Part shown: positions 26,554 through 39,394 of the stretch, one piece after another
How the letters are laid out: every line of letters starts with the position of its first letter
Numbering within the stretch: the first letter of the stretch is position 1
Assembly (NCBI GenBank): GCA_002269645.1
Contig: NIVC01000249.1
Location: 248,001-312,000 of the forward strand
DNA length: 64,000 bases
Source of the DNA: Macrostomum lignano
Lineage: Eukaryota
Direction of reading: 5' to 3'
The notes under the pieces: model-generated
Told to the model about the DNA's origin: nothing
Seen by the model: only the letters and a program-made list of their open reading frames with translations
The model's database searches: none
Program-made: the position numbers and the translations under genes

Positions 26554-27089
26554 CGCTCCCACTATTTCGATTCAATTTTATAAATCAATTTTGATGGTAA
26601 GAACGCCAAATCCAGTCCAGACAAAAGCATTAAAATAAGCATTTTGCTGCAGTTTCAGCCAATTTTTTACTAATTAATTAAAGAAAAAAATGTGAGAACA
26701 AGGGACTCGGTCCTGAAGCTGGCATCCTTCGATGGGGTGTTAGCACATTTTCGATTATTATTCAATTCCATGATAATCTTGACGCCTTTGCAGATCATCG
26801 TGTGTCATTATCGAGCTGACACCATTTTTACTCAAAAATGACCATTTGAGATCCCATTAGATTCTAGACTAGCCATTGGAGAAATGTTCAATTATGAAAT
26901 AGATTGGCATCTCCTAATATTTTTGTTGCAAAGAGAAGCAAACAAAGTAGTTTTGCTGACTAACACCAGATAGCGATCAGGTTTTAATGCTAAACTAATT
27001 AATTTAGGGCGGTATGCACTTTGCTAACTTAGCCATGAGCAGAATTGTGGCATTTTTCATGTGATGGTTTAAATATTTTTGAAATGTTG

Positions 27090-27361
27090 TTTCAACATTT
27101 CACAAAGCTTCACAATCTCTCCAGTTTCACAATCTCCCCCAAGCTTCACAATCTCCCAAGTTTCACAATCTCCCAAGCTTCACAAACTCCCAAGGTTCAC
27201 AATCACCCAACCTCCACAATCTCCCAAGCTTCAAAATTTCCCAAGCTTCACAATCTTCCAAGTTTCACAATCCCCAATCTTCACAATCCCTAAGTTTCAC
27301 AATCCCCAATCTTCACAATCCCCAAGCTTTACAATCCCCAATCTGAACAATCCCCAAGCTC
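27090..27361 (-). repeat. Inverted copy of the 25965-26553 minisatellite (right arm)
   Basis: Units acaatccccaagcttc, sharing rare variant units with the left array in mirror order. Confidence 0.9.
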
Positions 27362-27414
27362 CTGGGGATTTTAACAAAGCTGGGGAGCTTTTGTAGAATT
27401 TTAAAGATGAAGAT

Positions 27415-27978
27415 ATGTAGAGATGTCTGTAAATATGTAGAGATGTCTGTATAGATTTTGTGGAGATGCAGAGATGTTGTAGAGATGTAGAGATGTAAAG
27501 ATGTTGTAGAGATGCAGAGATGTTGTAGAGATGTAGAGATGTAAAGATGTTGTAGAGATGTAGAGCTGTTGTAGAGATGTAGAGATGTTGTAAAGAGATG
27601 TAGAGCTGTTGTAGAGATGTAGAGCTGTTGTAGAGATGTAGAGCTGTTGTAGAGATGTAGAGCTGTTGTAGAGATGTAGAGCTGTTGTAGAGATGTAGAG
27701 CTGTTGTAGAGATGTAGAGCTGTTGTAGAGATGTAGAGATGTTGTAAAGAGATGTAGAGCTGTTGTAGAGATGTAGAGATGTTGTAAAGAGATGTAGAGC
27801 TGTTGTAGAGATGTAGAGATGTTGTAAAGAGATGTAGAGCTGTTGTAGAGATGTAGAGCTGTTGTAGAGATGTAGAGATGTTGTAAAGAGATGTAGAGCT
27901 GTTGTAGAGATGTAGAGATGTTGTAATGAGATGTAGAGCTGTTGTAGAGATGTAGAGATGTTGTAAAGAGATGTAGAG
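27415..27978. repeat. ~19-bp minisatellite (tgttgtagagatgtagagc)
   Basis: Direct tandem units. Confidence 0.93.
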
Positions 27979-28578
27979 AAGAGAAATTCCCTGAAATAAA
28001 TTTTCATAACTGCACAGTAACGCATTCTCGCTGGAACCGGATATTGTAGGATTTGGGAAACATCTTGCACAAAAAAAATTTTTTAAAACTTTTTTTTAGA
28101 TTCCCCATCGCTTCCATTCCTTCGAGCTTTGAGCATCCAAGGCTTCCCTCTGTGCCTTCTGGTCCTGTTTATTCCCCTCCTCGCGCTCCAATTGGGTCCG
28201 AGGCATTTTTCGGACACGTGGGTGGCCTTCTGGCCTTCGCTGAGTCGGGTTGGGGGAGATGGGAGGATGGGGAGAGGGGAGGGCAGGTGTGGGGGTGGGG
28301 GGAAGTTTGGAGGCCTTCATATATTGGCTAAAAGGGGAGTCCCAGGGAGTTCCAAGCTGAATTCCGAAGCCGCCTATAATTCTATATATGCCCGCTTGCC
28401 TTCCTCTCCGAGCTTGTTCGATAAGAAACCGGGGGAAGTTGAATTGAGCCAGAGAGAATAAAGATAAGGAGAAATCCTCCCAGCCTGCTGAGTCAGCCAG
28501 GGCTGTAAAGTGCGGGCCCGAGAAACTGGTAAACAAGCCGCTTTAAGTCCCAAGAAGTGAGGAAGAAGACGCTCAGCA

Positions 28579-30138
28579 ATGCACCGCAAGCTTTCGTCTG
28601 CCGCCAAGCTGAAGTTGAAGTCGCCGCCGCCTCTGGGTATCATCAGCAGCAGCACCAGCAGCTGCGTTGGCCGCTCGTTCGGTCGCCGACTCGAGGATCA
28701 GCCGACATCGGCATCAGCGGATTCCGCTGGCTCCGGCAGCGACCCCGCGCTGCCAGCCGTGCTGACTGTCTGCTGCGACTACCTTCGCTGCCACCTGGCC
28801 GCCGAGGGCCTGTTCCGCGTTGAAGGCTCCAAAGTTCGTCAGCGCGATTTGAAGGCCCGCCTGGAGCGCGGCCTGCCAATCAGGGACGGCACGCCTGTCC
28901 AGGACGTCAGCTCGCTGCTCAAGGCCTGGCTGCGCGAGCTGCCCGAACCGCTGCTGCCGCCCCGGCTGGCCTCCGCTCTGGCCGAGGCGTCGCCGCTGGA
29001 GCGCCGCGTCCGCCTGCTGCGCCTGCTGGGCCGGCTGATGCCGCCGAGGCAGCTGGCCGCCCTGCGTCACCTCTGCCAGCTGCTGCAGGCTGTGGCCGCC
29101 GCCTCCGGCGCCAACCGGATGACGGCGGCAAACCTGGCCACCTGCGTCGGCCCCAGCCTGCACGGCGGCGGCGACAGCGGCGGCAGCCCGGACGTGGCCC
29201 GCCTGAACGCCGCCGTGGCCTTGTTAATCGAATTCGCTCAGGACATTGGCGTCGTCTCCTCAGCTGCTGTTGAAGACGACGAGGCCGTGGTGGCGGCGTT
29301 GCAGACTCCGCCGAGCACGCCACAGCAGCCGCAGAAGCTTCTGAGGCGTCGCAGCAGCGGCAGCGGCTCTCTGAGCAGCGCCTTCCGCGCCGTTGGCCGG
29401 GCAGTCAGCCGGCTGGCCAGCCGCTCCCGGTCGCGCAGCCCCCGCCGAGCCGCCGCGGCAGCCGCGGTGGCGGCTGGTAGCAGCGGCAGCCCGGTCTCCG
29501 TGGTCTCCTCGTCCGCGTCCGCCGCCTCTTCGTCAGCTGTATCGTCTGAGAAGCCGCCCTCGCCGCTGGCCGGCTTCCGCTTTGATCCGTCGGCCTGCCA
29601 CACGCCCGTCATCGTCCGCGGCCGGCGGCAGAACAGCGACGCGTCGTTGAAGCGCGGCGTCATTCTGGTCGGCAAGGACGGCGACGCCAACAACGGCGAC
29701 GTTGACGCCGGGCTGTGCTTCGGTCGGCGTCGGCGCCGGCTTCTGCTCGAGAGAATCAGCGCCGGTCGAAAGGCTTCGGTGGATCTTTGCAGCCTCGGCT
29801 CGCCGCTGCCTCCCGCGCCGCACCTGCTTCCGGCTCCGACGTTTCCGCTGCAGACTCCGCCGCCACCGCCGACGCAGCAGCAGCAGCAGCAGCCTCGGAG
29901 TCAGAGTCAGCAGCCGCCTCCATCGCTGCAGCCCGTCAGGACGCCGCTGCGCCGTTTGCAGCGGTCTCCGCGCGACAGTCTGCACGTTCTGCGCCAGGCG
30001 CGGCGTATTGGCGCCAGCGCCGGGCAGCCGCGCCGGCCGGACCGACTGCGCGGAGTTCGCCGGCTCTGGTCGCCGCTGAAGATGTCGCAAAATGCCCGAC
30101 TGTGCCTGCTGAGGGCTGAGGGTCTGCGCCCCGCCTGA
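28579..30138 (+). CDS. Rho GTPase-activating protein, ARHGAP11A-like, single coding exon, 519 aa
   Basis: RhoGAP domain with the arginine finger HLAAEGLFRVEGS, DVSSLLKAWLRELPEPLL and NRMTAANLATCVGPSL. The N-terminal GAP plus low-complexity basic tail resembles ARHGAP11A. Confidence 0.88.
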   Translation: MHRKLSSAAKLKLKSPPPLGIISSSTSSCVGRSFGRRLEDQPTSASADSAGSGSDPALPAVLTVCCDYLRCHLAAEGLFRVEGSKVRQRDLKARLERGLPIRDGTPVQDVSSLLKAWLRELPEPLLPPRLASALAEASPLERRVRLLRLLGRLMPPRQLAALRHLCQLLQAVAAASGANRMTAANLATCVGPSLHGGGDSGGSPDVARLNAAVALLIEFAQDIGVVSSAAVEDDEAVVAALQTPPSTPQQPQKLLRRRSSGSGSLSSAFRAVGRAVSRLASRSRSRSPRRAAAAAAVAAGSSGSPVSVVSSSASAASSSAVSSEKPPSPLAGFRFDPSACHTPVIVRGRRQNSDASLKRGVILVGKDGDANNGDVDAGLCFGRRRRRLLLERISAGRKASVDLCSLGSPLPPAPHLLPAPTFPLQTPPPPPTQQQQQQPRSQSQQPPPSLQPVRTPLRRLQRSPRDSLHVLRQARRIGASAGQPRRPDRLRGVRRLWSPLKMSQNARLCLLRAEGLRPA

Positions 30139-30719
30139 TACTGGATTGGCAGATTCACTCTGTACAGATGCTGCTGTGTACATAATGAACTCGCGCACAA
30201 TTAGTTTTAAGTTCTTAGCTTTTCATTTGCATAACTGGATGTCGATTAAATTTGTTATTTTGCTTGAATTACTCGAGTCTGCTGTCTATCATTTTCCTTA
30301 TGAATAGTGCATTACGATTCAAATATATATATATATATTGTAGCAATTTATTTTTCTACTATAAGTAGTTTTCTAAAATAACGCATTTTTGTTTCTTTTT
30401 GTGTTTTATTCTCAACAAAAAAATCAGTTGATCTGGCTGGGTAATTATCGTATTAGAATTAGATTATTGTCAGTGGCGCAACTTTTGTTTGCTCATATTT
30501 TTACGCTTTTTAGAAATGCCACAGGCGCCCGCTGTGCGGGACACCTGACTGTGTTCTGTTGATGAAGCAGCGGGGTGGCTTGTTTTAGTTGAAGCAGAAA
30601 TTCAATAATAATATCGACTGAAATGTCAGCCATAATCTTGAATAAGCTCGATATTCATCAATGGAAAGTAGTTGCTAGGAAGGACGATAACTCAAATAGG
30701 CGACTTGTCTTCCCCTCGC

Positions 30720-31395
30720 CATATCTCCCCTACCTACTTCTCTCCGATCCCTGTCTCCCTTACCTACTTCTCTAGCTGTCTTCCTTACCTACTTCTCTCC
30801 CTGTCTCCCTTACGTACTTCTCTTCCTGTGGCTATCTTATCTACCTACTCTACTTTCCCTGTGTCCCTACCTACTTCTCTTCCTGTCTCCCCTACCTACT
30901 TCTCTCCTCTCCCTGTCTCCCCTACCTACTTCTCTCCTCTCCCTGTCTCCCCTACCTACTTCTCTCCGTCTCCCCTACCTACTTCTCCGTCTCCCCTACC
31001 CTCTCCGTCTCCCCTACCTACTTCTCTTCCTGTCTCCCCTACCTACTTCTCTCCCTGTCTCCCCTACCTACTTCTCTTCCTGTCTCCCCTACCTACTTCT
31101 CTCCTCTCCCTGTCTCCCCTACCTACTTCTCTCCTCTCCCTGTCTCCCCTACCTACTTCTCTCCGTCTCCCCTACCTACTTCTCCGTCTCCCCTACCCTC
31201 TCCGTCTCCCCTACCTACTTCTCTTCCTGTCTCCCCTACCTACTTCTCTCCCTGTCTCCCCTACCTACTTCTCTCCCTGTCTCCCCTACCTACTTCCTAT
31301 CCCCTATCTACTTCCACCCTCTCCCTGTCTCCTCTCCCTGTCTCCTCTACGTACTCATCTCCTCTCTCTACTTCTCTCCTGTCTCTCCCTTACTC
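30720..31395. repeat. Pyrimidine-rich minisatellite (cctacctacttctct[cct]ctccctgtctcc)
   Basis: Direct tandem units; almost no G on the + strand. Confidence 0.93.
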
Positions 31396-31924
31396 TAACC
31401 CTACCCTCTTGCGATTGTTCCCAGTTTTTTTCCCAGTTGTGTCAAAAAAGTTCGCCCTTCACAATTCCTCTCTTTGTTTTCCTGTTCATCGCGTGCGGGC
31501 TGTGGGCCTGTGGCTGTCTGTTGCAACTCTGCCAGCAGGGGGGCTTTAGCGAATTGCTCCCAGCAACCGGCGTGTGGGGGTTGAGTCTCCCGCTGGCTGC
31601 TCCCTCATCTTATCCTCTATTGATCTCAGCGTTGCATCTGCCGCTCGGAATCTCCCGAGCTTATTAGATGTTGAAGTTTTTGTTTTAGCTTTTCTCCTAA
31701 ACGTAAATTTGAATCTCTCGATCAGCCCCAATTCTGTCAGGCAGTCAGTCTCAGGGGCCTCGTAGCCTCATCCACTTTCACGGCTTAGTTTAGAGTTCTC
31801 ACTTCGCATTCCGTTGCCCTGACGCTTTCGCATAGCTTAAAGATTTCTTTTCATATAAACTTATGATAGTTCTTGCGTAGTTCTTGAGCTACGCAAAACA
31901 AGAAACGTCACACATGCACGAGAA

Positions 31925-32665
31925 AATTCACAAACTGGAGCCTTCACAAACTGGAGCCTTCACAAACTGGAGCCTTCACAAACTGGAGCCTTCACAAACT
32001 GGAGCCTTCACAAACTGGAGCCTTCACAAACTGGAGCCTTCACAAACTGGAGCCTTCACAAACTGGAGCCTTCACAAACTGGAGCTTTCACAAACTACTA
32101 GAGCCTTCACAAACTACTAGAGCCTTCACAAACTGGAGCTTTCACAAACTACTAGAGCCTTCACAAACTGAAGCCTTCACAAACTGAAACCTTCACAAAC
32201 TAGAGCCTTCACAAACTAGAGCCTTCACAAACTGGAGCCTTCACAAACTGGAGCCTTCACAAACTGGAGCCTTCACAAACTGGAGCTTTCACAAACTACT
32301 AGAGCCTTCACAAACTGGAGCTTTCACAAACTACTAGAGCCTTCACAAACTGAAGCCTTCACAAACTGAAACCTTCACAAACTAGAGCCTTCACAAACTA
32401 AAGCCTTCACAATCTAGAGCGTTCACAAACTAGAGCCTTCACAAGCTAGAGCCTTTACAAACTAGAGACTTCGCAAGCTAGAGCCTTCACAAACTGAAAC
32501 CTTCACAAGCTAGAGCCTTCACAAACTAGAGCCTTCACAAACTAGAGCCTTCACAAACTGAAACCTTCACAAATTAGAGCCTTCACAAACTAGCGCCTTT
32601 AAAACCACAGGATCTTCTCAAACTCTAAGAGCCTTCACAAACTGAAGCCTTCACAAACTAATAGG
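31925..32665. repeat. 15-18 bp minisatellite (ttcacaaactggagcc)
   Basis: Direct tandem units. Confidence 0.95.
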
Positions 32666-34249
32666 ATCGTCACAAACTCTAAAGTTTGTGAGGCAAGCCA
32701 TAGAATTCCAAGCGACCCCACTGTTGTTGAGGTTTCAGTTTCTTTTTTTATTCGGTTCTTCTTGAATTTTTCGAAACAAACAAAATATTTTGTTTAAGTG
32801 GTTTTATCAACCGAGTGGCTGGAGCTCTTGTTATTAATTTAATGAACGAGAGAGAAAAACTGCTACAGTCTGAAGTGGTCGTCTTTACGCTTTGTGTGCT
32901 TTTTTTTCAAGAAATTTCAACCCGAATATCAAATTGCTAACGCAGGATTCGGGGGGGGGGGGGTTTGGCGCCTCGGGGCGAGTTTTCCCGAGGATCGGGG
33001 AAGCGAGATGGCGGGATAACAGGTCAATTGATTTGGCTGGGCAGGCAGTGCATGCGTAGGACACACAAAAACAGTGCTTTTTATTATTCAAAGCGCCTCC
33101 AACTGATGGAGAAGAGGTAGATGGTGCATGGAAGCTGCAAGACTGTGAGGAGGTCACTTAAAACGCGCCTTCGGGGGGCGGGCAGATGAGAGGCTGGCAT
33201 TAGAGGAGAATTTCTGTTATTGCGCATGTTGTGCAAGCTCAGTGATTAGCTATGATGATGCTGTTTGCGTGCGATGGCAGAGACGGAGAGGCTTGAGTAG
33301 GAGAGCCGGCACAGTTATTCCTTCCTTCCGTCACTTGAGCTGTTTCGAGATTTAGTTCGCTGAGCCTCTGCTTGCCTGGGTGGCTTGTAAATTGCGCCAC
33401 TGTTTCTCCGCCAGCTGTGTCTCCTGCGCTGAGGTGTCGGGTGTTTAATTAGCGCAAGTCATTCCATTTTGGCAGGTGTTGGCCCTCGTAGTATATTGCT
33501 TGCAAATGCCTGCTGTTAATGAACTGACAGCCTGAGAGAAGTCGTATGTCTAGATAGGGTTACAATAGTTTATTTCTCAGAATTTGTGTCAGCATCAGCA
33601 GCAGACAGCAAATTGGATGACTGATGTCATTGTAGTTCAAATTTCTGAGCTCTGGTCATTTTCTGTCAGCTGGGATTCCAGCGCCATCAGATTTTGGGTC
33701 GAATTTCTTTACTACGACTTTCCTGCGCTCTGTAATCCGAAACTCAATTCGTGTTGCAGGTGGGTGTCTAAAATAGCTTGCCTTGCTGCTCCAAGAAGTC
33801 TTCTGCTTCTAAAAGTCACCGCCCACCCTCTGGACGCTGGTGGGGGAGCAGAAATCGAAGCATTCCGCTGCGTTGCATTTTCCTTTCTCCGGTTTCGGCT
33901 GTCCGTCCTGACCTAGGAGATCTTGAAGCAGAATCCTGGGAGTGGCTGTTAAATAAGGATGTTTAGAACAGAGATGGTGTCAAGATTTCTAGCCTAAGAT
34001 ATCAGATTCCGCAGTCTTGCTCTGTTCCTTTCTGAAGCCAAATTGATAACTCAGATGCCAGCTATAGCATTCAATTGCTAGTTCAAAATCAAATAAAATA
34101 CCAAAATCTATACTACTCTTTACACTGCTGAACCTCCGACTCACAAAGGTCCTCAGAATCCTCAGAATCACAAGAATGATGAATTACAGAAAAATCCAAG
34201 CTGAAAATAAATGACATCCTGCTTTAGAATTTGGAATCCGGGTTCCAAA

Positions 34250-34390
34250 TAACAGCTGATGTGTCCTGACAAACGCCGTGACACAAAAAACCCAAACAGC
34301 TGATGTGTCCTGACACACGCCATGACACAAAAACCCAAACAGCTGATGTGTCCTGACACACGCCATGACACAAAAAAACCCAAACAGCTT
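34250..34390. repeat. ~44-bp tandem repeat, ~3 copies (ccaaacagctgatgtgtcctgacacacgccatgacacaaaaac)
   Basis: Direct repeats. Confidence 0.8.
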
Positions 34391-34804
34391 TCTTGCACCG
34401 AATGAAATTTGACATCTTCATTTTTTCTTCTATTGCGTCACTGCTCAAAATTAGAGCACCAGAGAGTTCAGAGTCGAATTCCAACTGACCGCTCAAATCC
34501 GGGGCGGTGTGTAATTATTTTTATGGCAGGGAACGAAAGTGTTTGAGGCAGCTCACGAGAAGCCTGCTGAGCAATTCACGCAAGTCACGCAAATTCGCGT
34601 CAGCTAGGGAGATGCCATTCTCAACTCAGCGTGCAGCTCGCGTGACTCGCTCGCCTGCGAAGCCGTGCGCCTCACGCTGAGCTCTGCTTGAAAAATGCCG
34701 TCCCTTCCTATTTGTGTGTTAAAACAAAATTATTTCCTTTTTACTTGCTTGCTTGCTGTCTCACAAATTATAGAAAGCGGCATGCAAAGTGAAAATAAAG
34801 TCTC

Positions 34805-35342
34805 AACCCTCTCCTCCTTATCTCCCTCTCCTCACCATCTCCCTCTCACCCTCTCTTTACTATCCCTCTCTCACCCCTCTCCTCACTATCTCCCTCTCAA
34901 CCCTCTCCTCACTATCTCCCTCTCACCCTCTCTTTACTATCTCCCTCTCACCCTCTCTTTACTATCCCCCTCTCACCCCTCTCCTCTCTATCTCCCTCTC
35001 ACCCCTCTCCTCACTATCCCCCTCTCAACCCTCTCCTCACTATCTCTCTCTCACCCCTCTCCTCACTATCTCCCTCTCAACCCTCTCCTCACTATCCCCC
35101 TCTCACCCCTCTCCTCACTATCTCCCTCTCACCCCTCTCCTCACTATCTCCCTCTCACCCCTATGCTCACTATCTCCCTCTCACCCCTCTCCTCACTATC
35201 TCCCTCTCACCCCTATGCTCACTATCTCCCTCTCACCCCTCTCCTCACTATCTCCCTCTCACCCCTCTCCTCACTATCTCCCTCTCACCCCTCTCCTCAC
35301 TATCTCCCTCTCACCCCTCTCCTCACTATCTCCCTCTCCCCT
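34805..35342. repeat. 26-bp C/T-rich minisatellite (ctcacccctctcctcactatctccct)
   Basis: Direct tandem units. Confidence 0.95.
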
Positions 35343-35929
35343 ATTCCTGCTCTTGATATTTTTATTACACCATTTCCAATTTTCCTCTTCTCAAAGTTAC
35401 CACAGTTCTGTTAACCCGCATTTTATCTCCTCCTTGCATTTCTGCTCATTTGCAAAGCCACCCTGCTCTCTCCTGGCTACAGCCTCCTCCCCCCCAGTCC
35501 GACAGCTGCAGTTTGGGTGACTACCATCGCAATTCATCAACTCCGCGTCACTATTTTATGATTTCTCTGCTATCATCTCACATGGCAGTTCAACTTGCTC
35601 TTGTGGGCGGAGTCCATCTTGATCCCAATCGATACCTGTGTTTTGCCCTGTCTGACCTTCATTGTTATTTGCGATAACAATGATAATAGTGGGTTATCAA
35701 GGGTAGCTGAAGCATTTTAATAACAGAGGTCACTCGCTCGAATGTTCTGGCTTTCAGGGCCATGCTGGAACACCTGTTGAAGTATATCTGTAGCTGGGAA
35801 TGGAAGGGAGTCACTTATATACCTATTCAGATCATTCTATTCAGTCTATACGAGACAGCTCAAGTCAGATCCCGATCCCAACTCAGATTTTCCCACAGCC
35901 TCATCGCATCCCGAATTCCTACCCCGAAT

Positions 35930-36926
35930 CCCATTCCAGATAGATCCCCACACCAGATCCCATCCTAATTGGATCCATCCCAAATCCCATCCCAGATCCC
36001 CATCCCAGACAGATCATCAACCCAGATCTCCATCCTGCCATCCTGGACAGATCCCCATCCCAGATCCCCATCCCAGATCCCCATCCCAGATCCCCATCCC
36101 AGATCCCCATCCCAGATCCCCATCCCAGATCCCCATCCCAGATCCCCATCCCAGATCCCCATCCCAGATCCCCATCCCAAATCCCCATCCCAATTAGATC
36201 CCCATCCCAGATCTCATCCCAGATCTCCATCCCAGTCAGATCCCCATCCCAGATAGATCCTCATTCCAGACAGATCCCCCATCCCAGATCCCCATCCCAG
36301 ATAGATTCCCACCCCAGATCCCCCATCCCAGATCCCCATCCCAATTAGATTCCCACCCCAGATCCCCATCCCAGATCCCCCATCTCAGATCCCCCATCCC
36401 AGATCCCCATCCCAGATAGATCCTCATTCCAGACAGATCCCCCATCCCAGATCCCCATCCCAGATAGATCCTCATTCCAGACAGATCCCCCATCCCAGAT
36501 CCCCATCCCAGATAGATCCTCATTCCAGACAGATCCCCCATCCCAGATCCCCATCCCAGAAAGATTCCCACCCCAGATCCCCCATCCCAGATCCCCATCC
36601 CAATTAGATTCCCACCCCAGATCCCCATCCCAGATCCCCCATCTCAGATCCCCCATCCCAGATCCCCATCCCAGATCCCCCATCTCAGATCCCCCATCCC
36701 AGATCCCCATCCCAGATCCCCCATCTCAGATCCCCCATCCCAGATCCCCATCCCAGATCCCCCATCCCAGATCCCCATCCCAGATCCCCCATCCCAGATC
36801 CCCATCCCAGATCCCCATCCCAGATAGATCCCCATCCCAGATCCCCATCCCAGATCCCCATCCCAGATCCCCATCCCAGATCCCCATCCCAGATCCCCAT
36901 CCCAGATAGATCCCCATCCCAGATCC
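35930..36926. repeat. 12-13 bp minisatellite (cccagatccccat), ending ~45 bp before the lipin 5' acceptor
   Basis: Direct tandem units; the minus strand is (ATGGGGATCTGGG)n. Confidence 0.95.
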
Positions 36927-36988
36927 TTATTGCATGTCCCAATCGCCACAAACTCCCCTCCGCTCCCGCAGCTGTGGCCCCACCGGCC

Positions 36989-39357
36989 ATGACGGACTAC
37001 CTGTACCGGTTCCTGTCGGGCGTGACCGGTTATTACCGGTCCATGAACGCCGCCTACCTCTCCGGCGCCATCGACGTGCTGGTTGTTGAGCAGCCGGACG
37101 GCAGCTTCCGCGGCAGCCCGTTTCACGTGCGCTTCGGCAAGTCGGCGAGCTTCCTGCCCCGCCAGCTGCACGTGGACGTCTACGTGAACGACCGGCCCAC
37201 CGAGCTGCGGATGAAGCTCGGGCCGAACGGCGAGGCCTTCTTTGTCCGCGAGCTGCCGCCAGCAGCGCCGGAGACCCCGCCGCCCCCGGCCGCACTGGTC
37301 ACCTCGCCGATTCAGAGCGACGACGAAGAGGAATACGAGGAGGAAGAGACCCGAAGGCCAGCAGCCGCTGCGGGAGGCGCCGCCGATCCGTCCACGTCCG
37401 CGAAGCTCCAATCGCCGATGCGGATGCTGCGAGCCGCCTCGCTGCCAACTCTGTTGCGGCCAGCTGAGGAGTCGGCCGGCTCAGCCGAGTCCCACCGTCT
37501 GATGATGGAAGGGGCGGCTGCCGCTGCGGCGGGAGCGGCGGTGGCAGCGACAGCGGCGGCTTCTTCGGAGTCTCCGCAGGCCGGGGCGATCGCGGACGCG
37601 GCAGCTACGGCAGCAGCGGCGGTGGCGGCGACAACCGACAGCCTGTCGACGCCCCTGACGGAGCAGCGGCTGATTCAGTGCCTGTCCGACACTGACGTCT
37701 CTGGCTCGGCGGCTGCCGCGGCAGCGGCGGCGGCGGCAGCGGAGGCCCAGCAGGCGGAGGAGCAGGTCGAGTGGCCGTGGGGTCAGTTCCCCCGCCTGAT
37801 GGAGTCGGAGGCTGCGGCTGAGGAGACTCACGCCAAGTCCAACAGCGACGGGGGCAGCGCGGCCGAGGAGGACAGCGACGCTGCTGCTGCTGCGGCTGCC
37901 GCTCTCGCCGCGGCTGTCGCTGCGCCACCGCCTCCGCCGACCACCTCGGAGGCAGCAACTCCGCCGCAGCAGCCGGCGCCCGCTCAGGCGAGCAAGGCCT
38001 CCCAGGAAGGCGGAGTGTACCTGTCCGACCTGGACCCGCAGCTCAGCAGCCTGTACTTGTACGCTCCCGCGCCGAGGGCCGCTTCGCCCGCCTCCGAGGA
38101 CGTCGGCTACAGGTCCTCGGACGACAACGCGCACAACAGCTCGCGGCCGCCGAATCCGCACCGTCAGCAGCTGGAGGGCCTCTCCCTGTCCCTGTGCGGC
38201 CCGCTGAAGCCGGAGGAGCAGCAGCAGCAGGCCTTTGAACTTGAGCAGTGGGCGCGGCACCTCGTCACCTACGAGGAGTTCATCCGGGATCCGGACGGCG
38301 TGCTGAACAGTCCGCAGCTGGTGGTTCAGCTGGCCGGCCAGTACAGCAACTGGCGGGTGGCGGCGCCGCAGATTCTGTCTCTGGTGGCCTTCGGCACGCC
38401 GCTGCCAGACCGGGCCGTCGATCAGCTGCGCAAGAAGCACCAGCAGCCGGCCAAGTCGTCCGCCGCCTCGGCAGCGGCTGGCGGCGCCAACGCCAATTCC
38501 AGCAGCTCGGGGGGCGGCGGCAGCGGCGGTGGCTCCTCCACTGGTCGGCGACGTCGGGCCTGGAACTTCCTGTGGAAGTCGTCTTCATCGACCGCCGCGT
38601 CGACGTCTGGCGCCGCCACAGCGGGCTCGACAACGACGTCGACAGCGTCGGCGGTCTCCGAGAAGTCGGCGGTCTCCGAGAAGTCGGCGGTCTCCGAGAA
38701 GTCGGCGGTCTCCGAGAAGTCGGCGGTCTCCGAGAAGTCGGCGGTCTCCGAGAAGTCGGCGGTCTCCGAGAAGTCGGCGGTCTCCGAGAAGTCGGCGGCA
38801 GAGGCGGAGCCGGCAGCATCGGAGCCGGCAGCACCGAAGGAGGCTCCAAAGCCTCAGCCGCAGCCACAGCCGCAACCGCAGCCGCAGCACTATCACCAGT
38901 ACTCCGACAGCAACGTGTACGTGAAGTCGGTCCGCCTGACCTCCGAGGAGATCGCTAGGCTGGAGCTTCGACCTGGCGTCAATCGAGTTGAGTTCAGCGT
39001 CACCACCGCATTCCAGGGCACCACCAGGTGCTGCGCTTGCATCTACCGGGTGCACCACACCGACAGGCTGGTTGTGTCGGACGTCGACGGCACGATCACC
39101 AGGAGCGACGTGCTCGGCCACCTCCTGCCGATGCTGGGCCGCAGCTGGTCTCACGAGGGTGTCACCCGCCTGTTCCGCTCCATCCGGGACAACGGCTACC
39201 ACCTGCTCTACCTGAGCTCGCGCGGCATCGGCATGTCGGCCGTCACCCGCCAGTTTATCGACTGGGTCAACCAGGAGGACGTGGCCCTGCCCGACGGCCC
39301 CATCATGCTGAACCCGACCTCCTTGGTCACCGCGTTCCGCAAGGAGGTTATCGAAAA
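36989..39357 (+). CDS. LPIN: Lipin (phosphatidate phosphatase) coding exon 1
   Basis: N-LIP SGAIDVLVVEQPDGSFRGSPFHVRFGK; M-LIP LSLSLCG...NWRVAAPQILSLVAF; catalytic HAD motif DVDGT (VVSDVDGTITRSDVLGHLLP). ATG at 36989 with a cag acceptor at 36969-36971; donor AA|GTGAGA at 39358 (phase 2). Confidence 0.95.
38648..38791 (+). repeat. In-frame coding minisatellite, 8 x 18 bp, encoding (SAVSEK)8 in lipin
   Basis: tcggcggtctccgagaag repeated perfectly 8 times. Confidence 0.97.
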
Positions 39358-39394
39358 GTGAGATTTTGGCCTGTTTTGCTGGCAGATAATTGCG

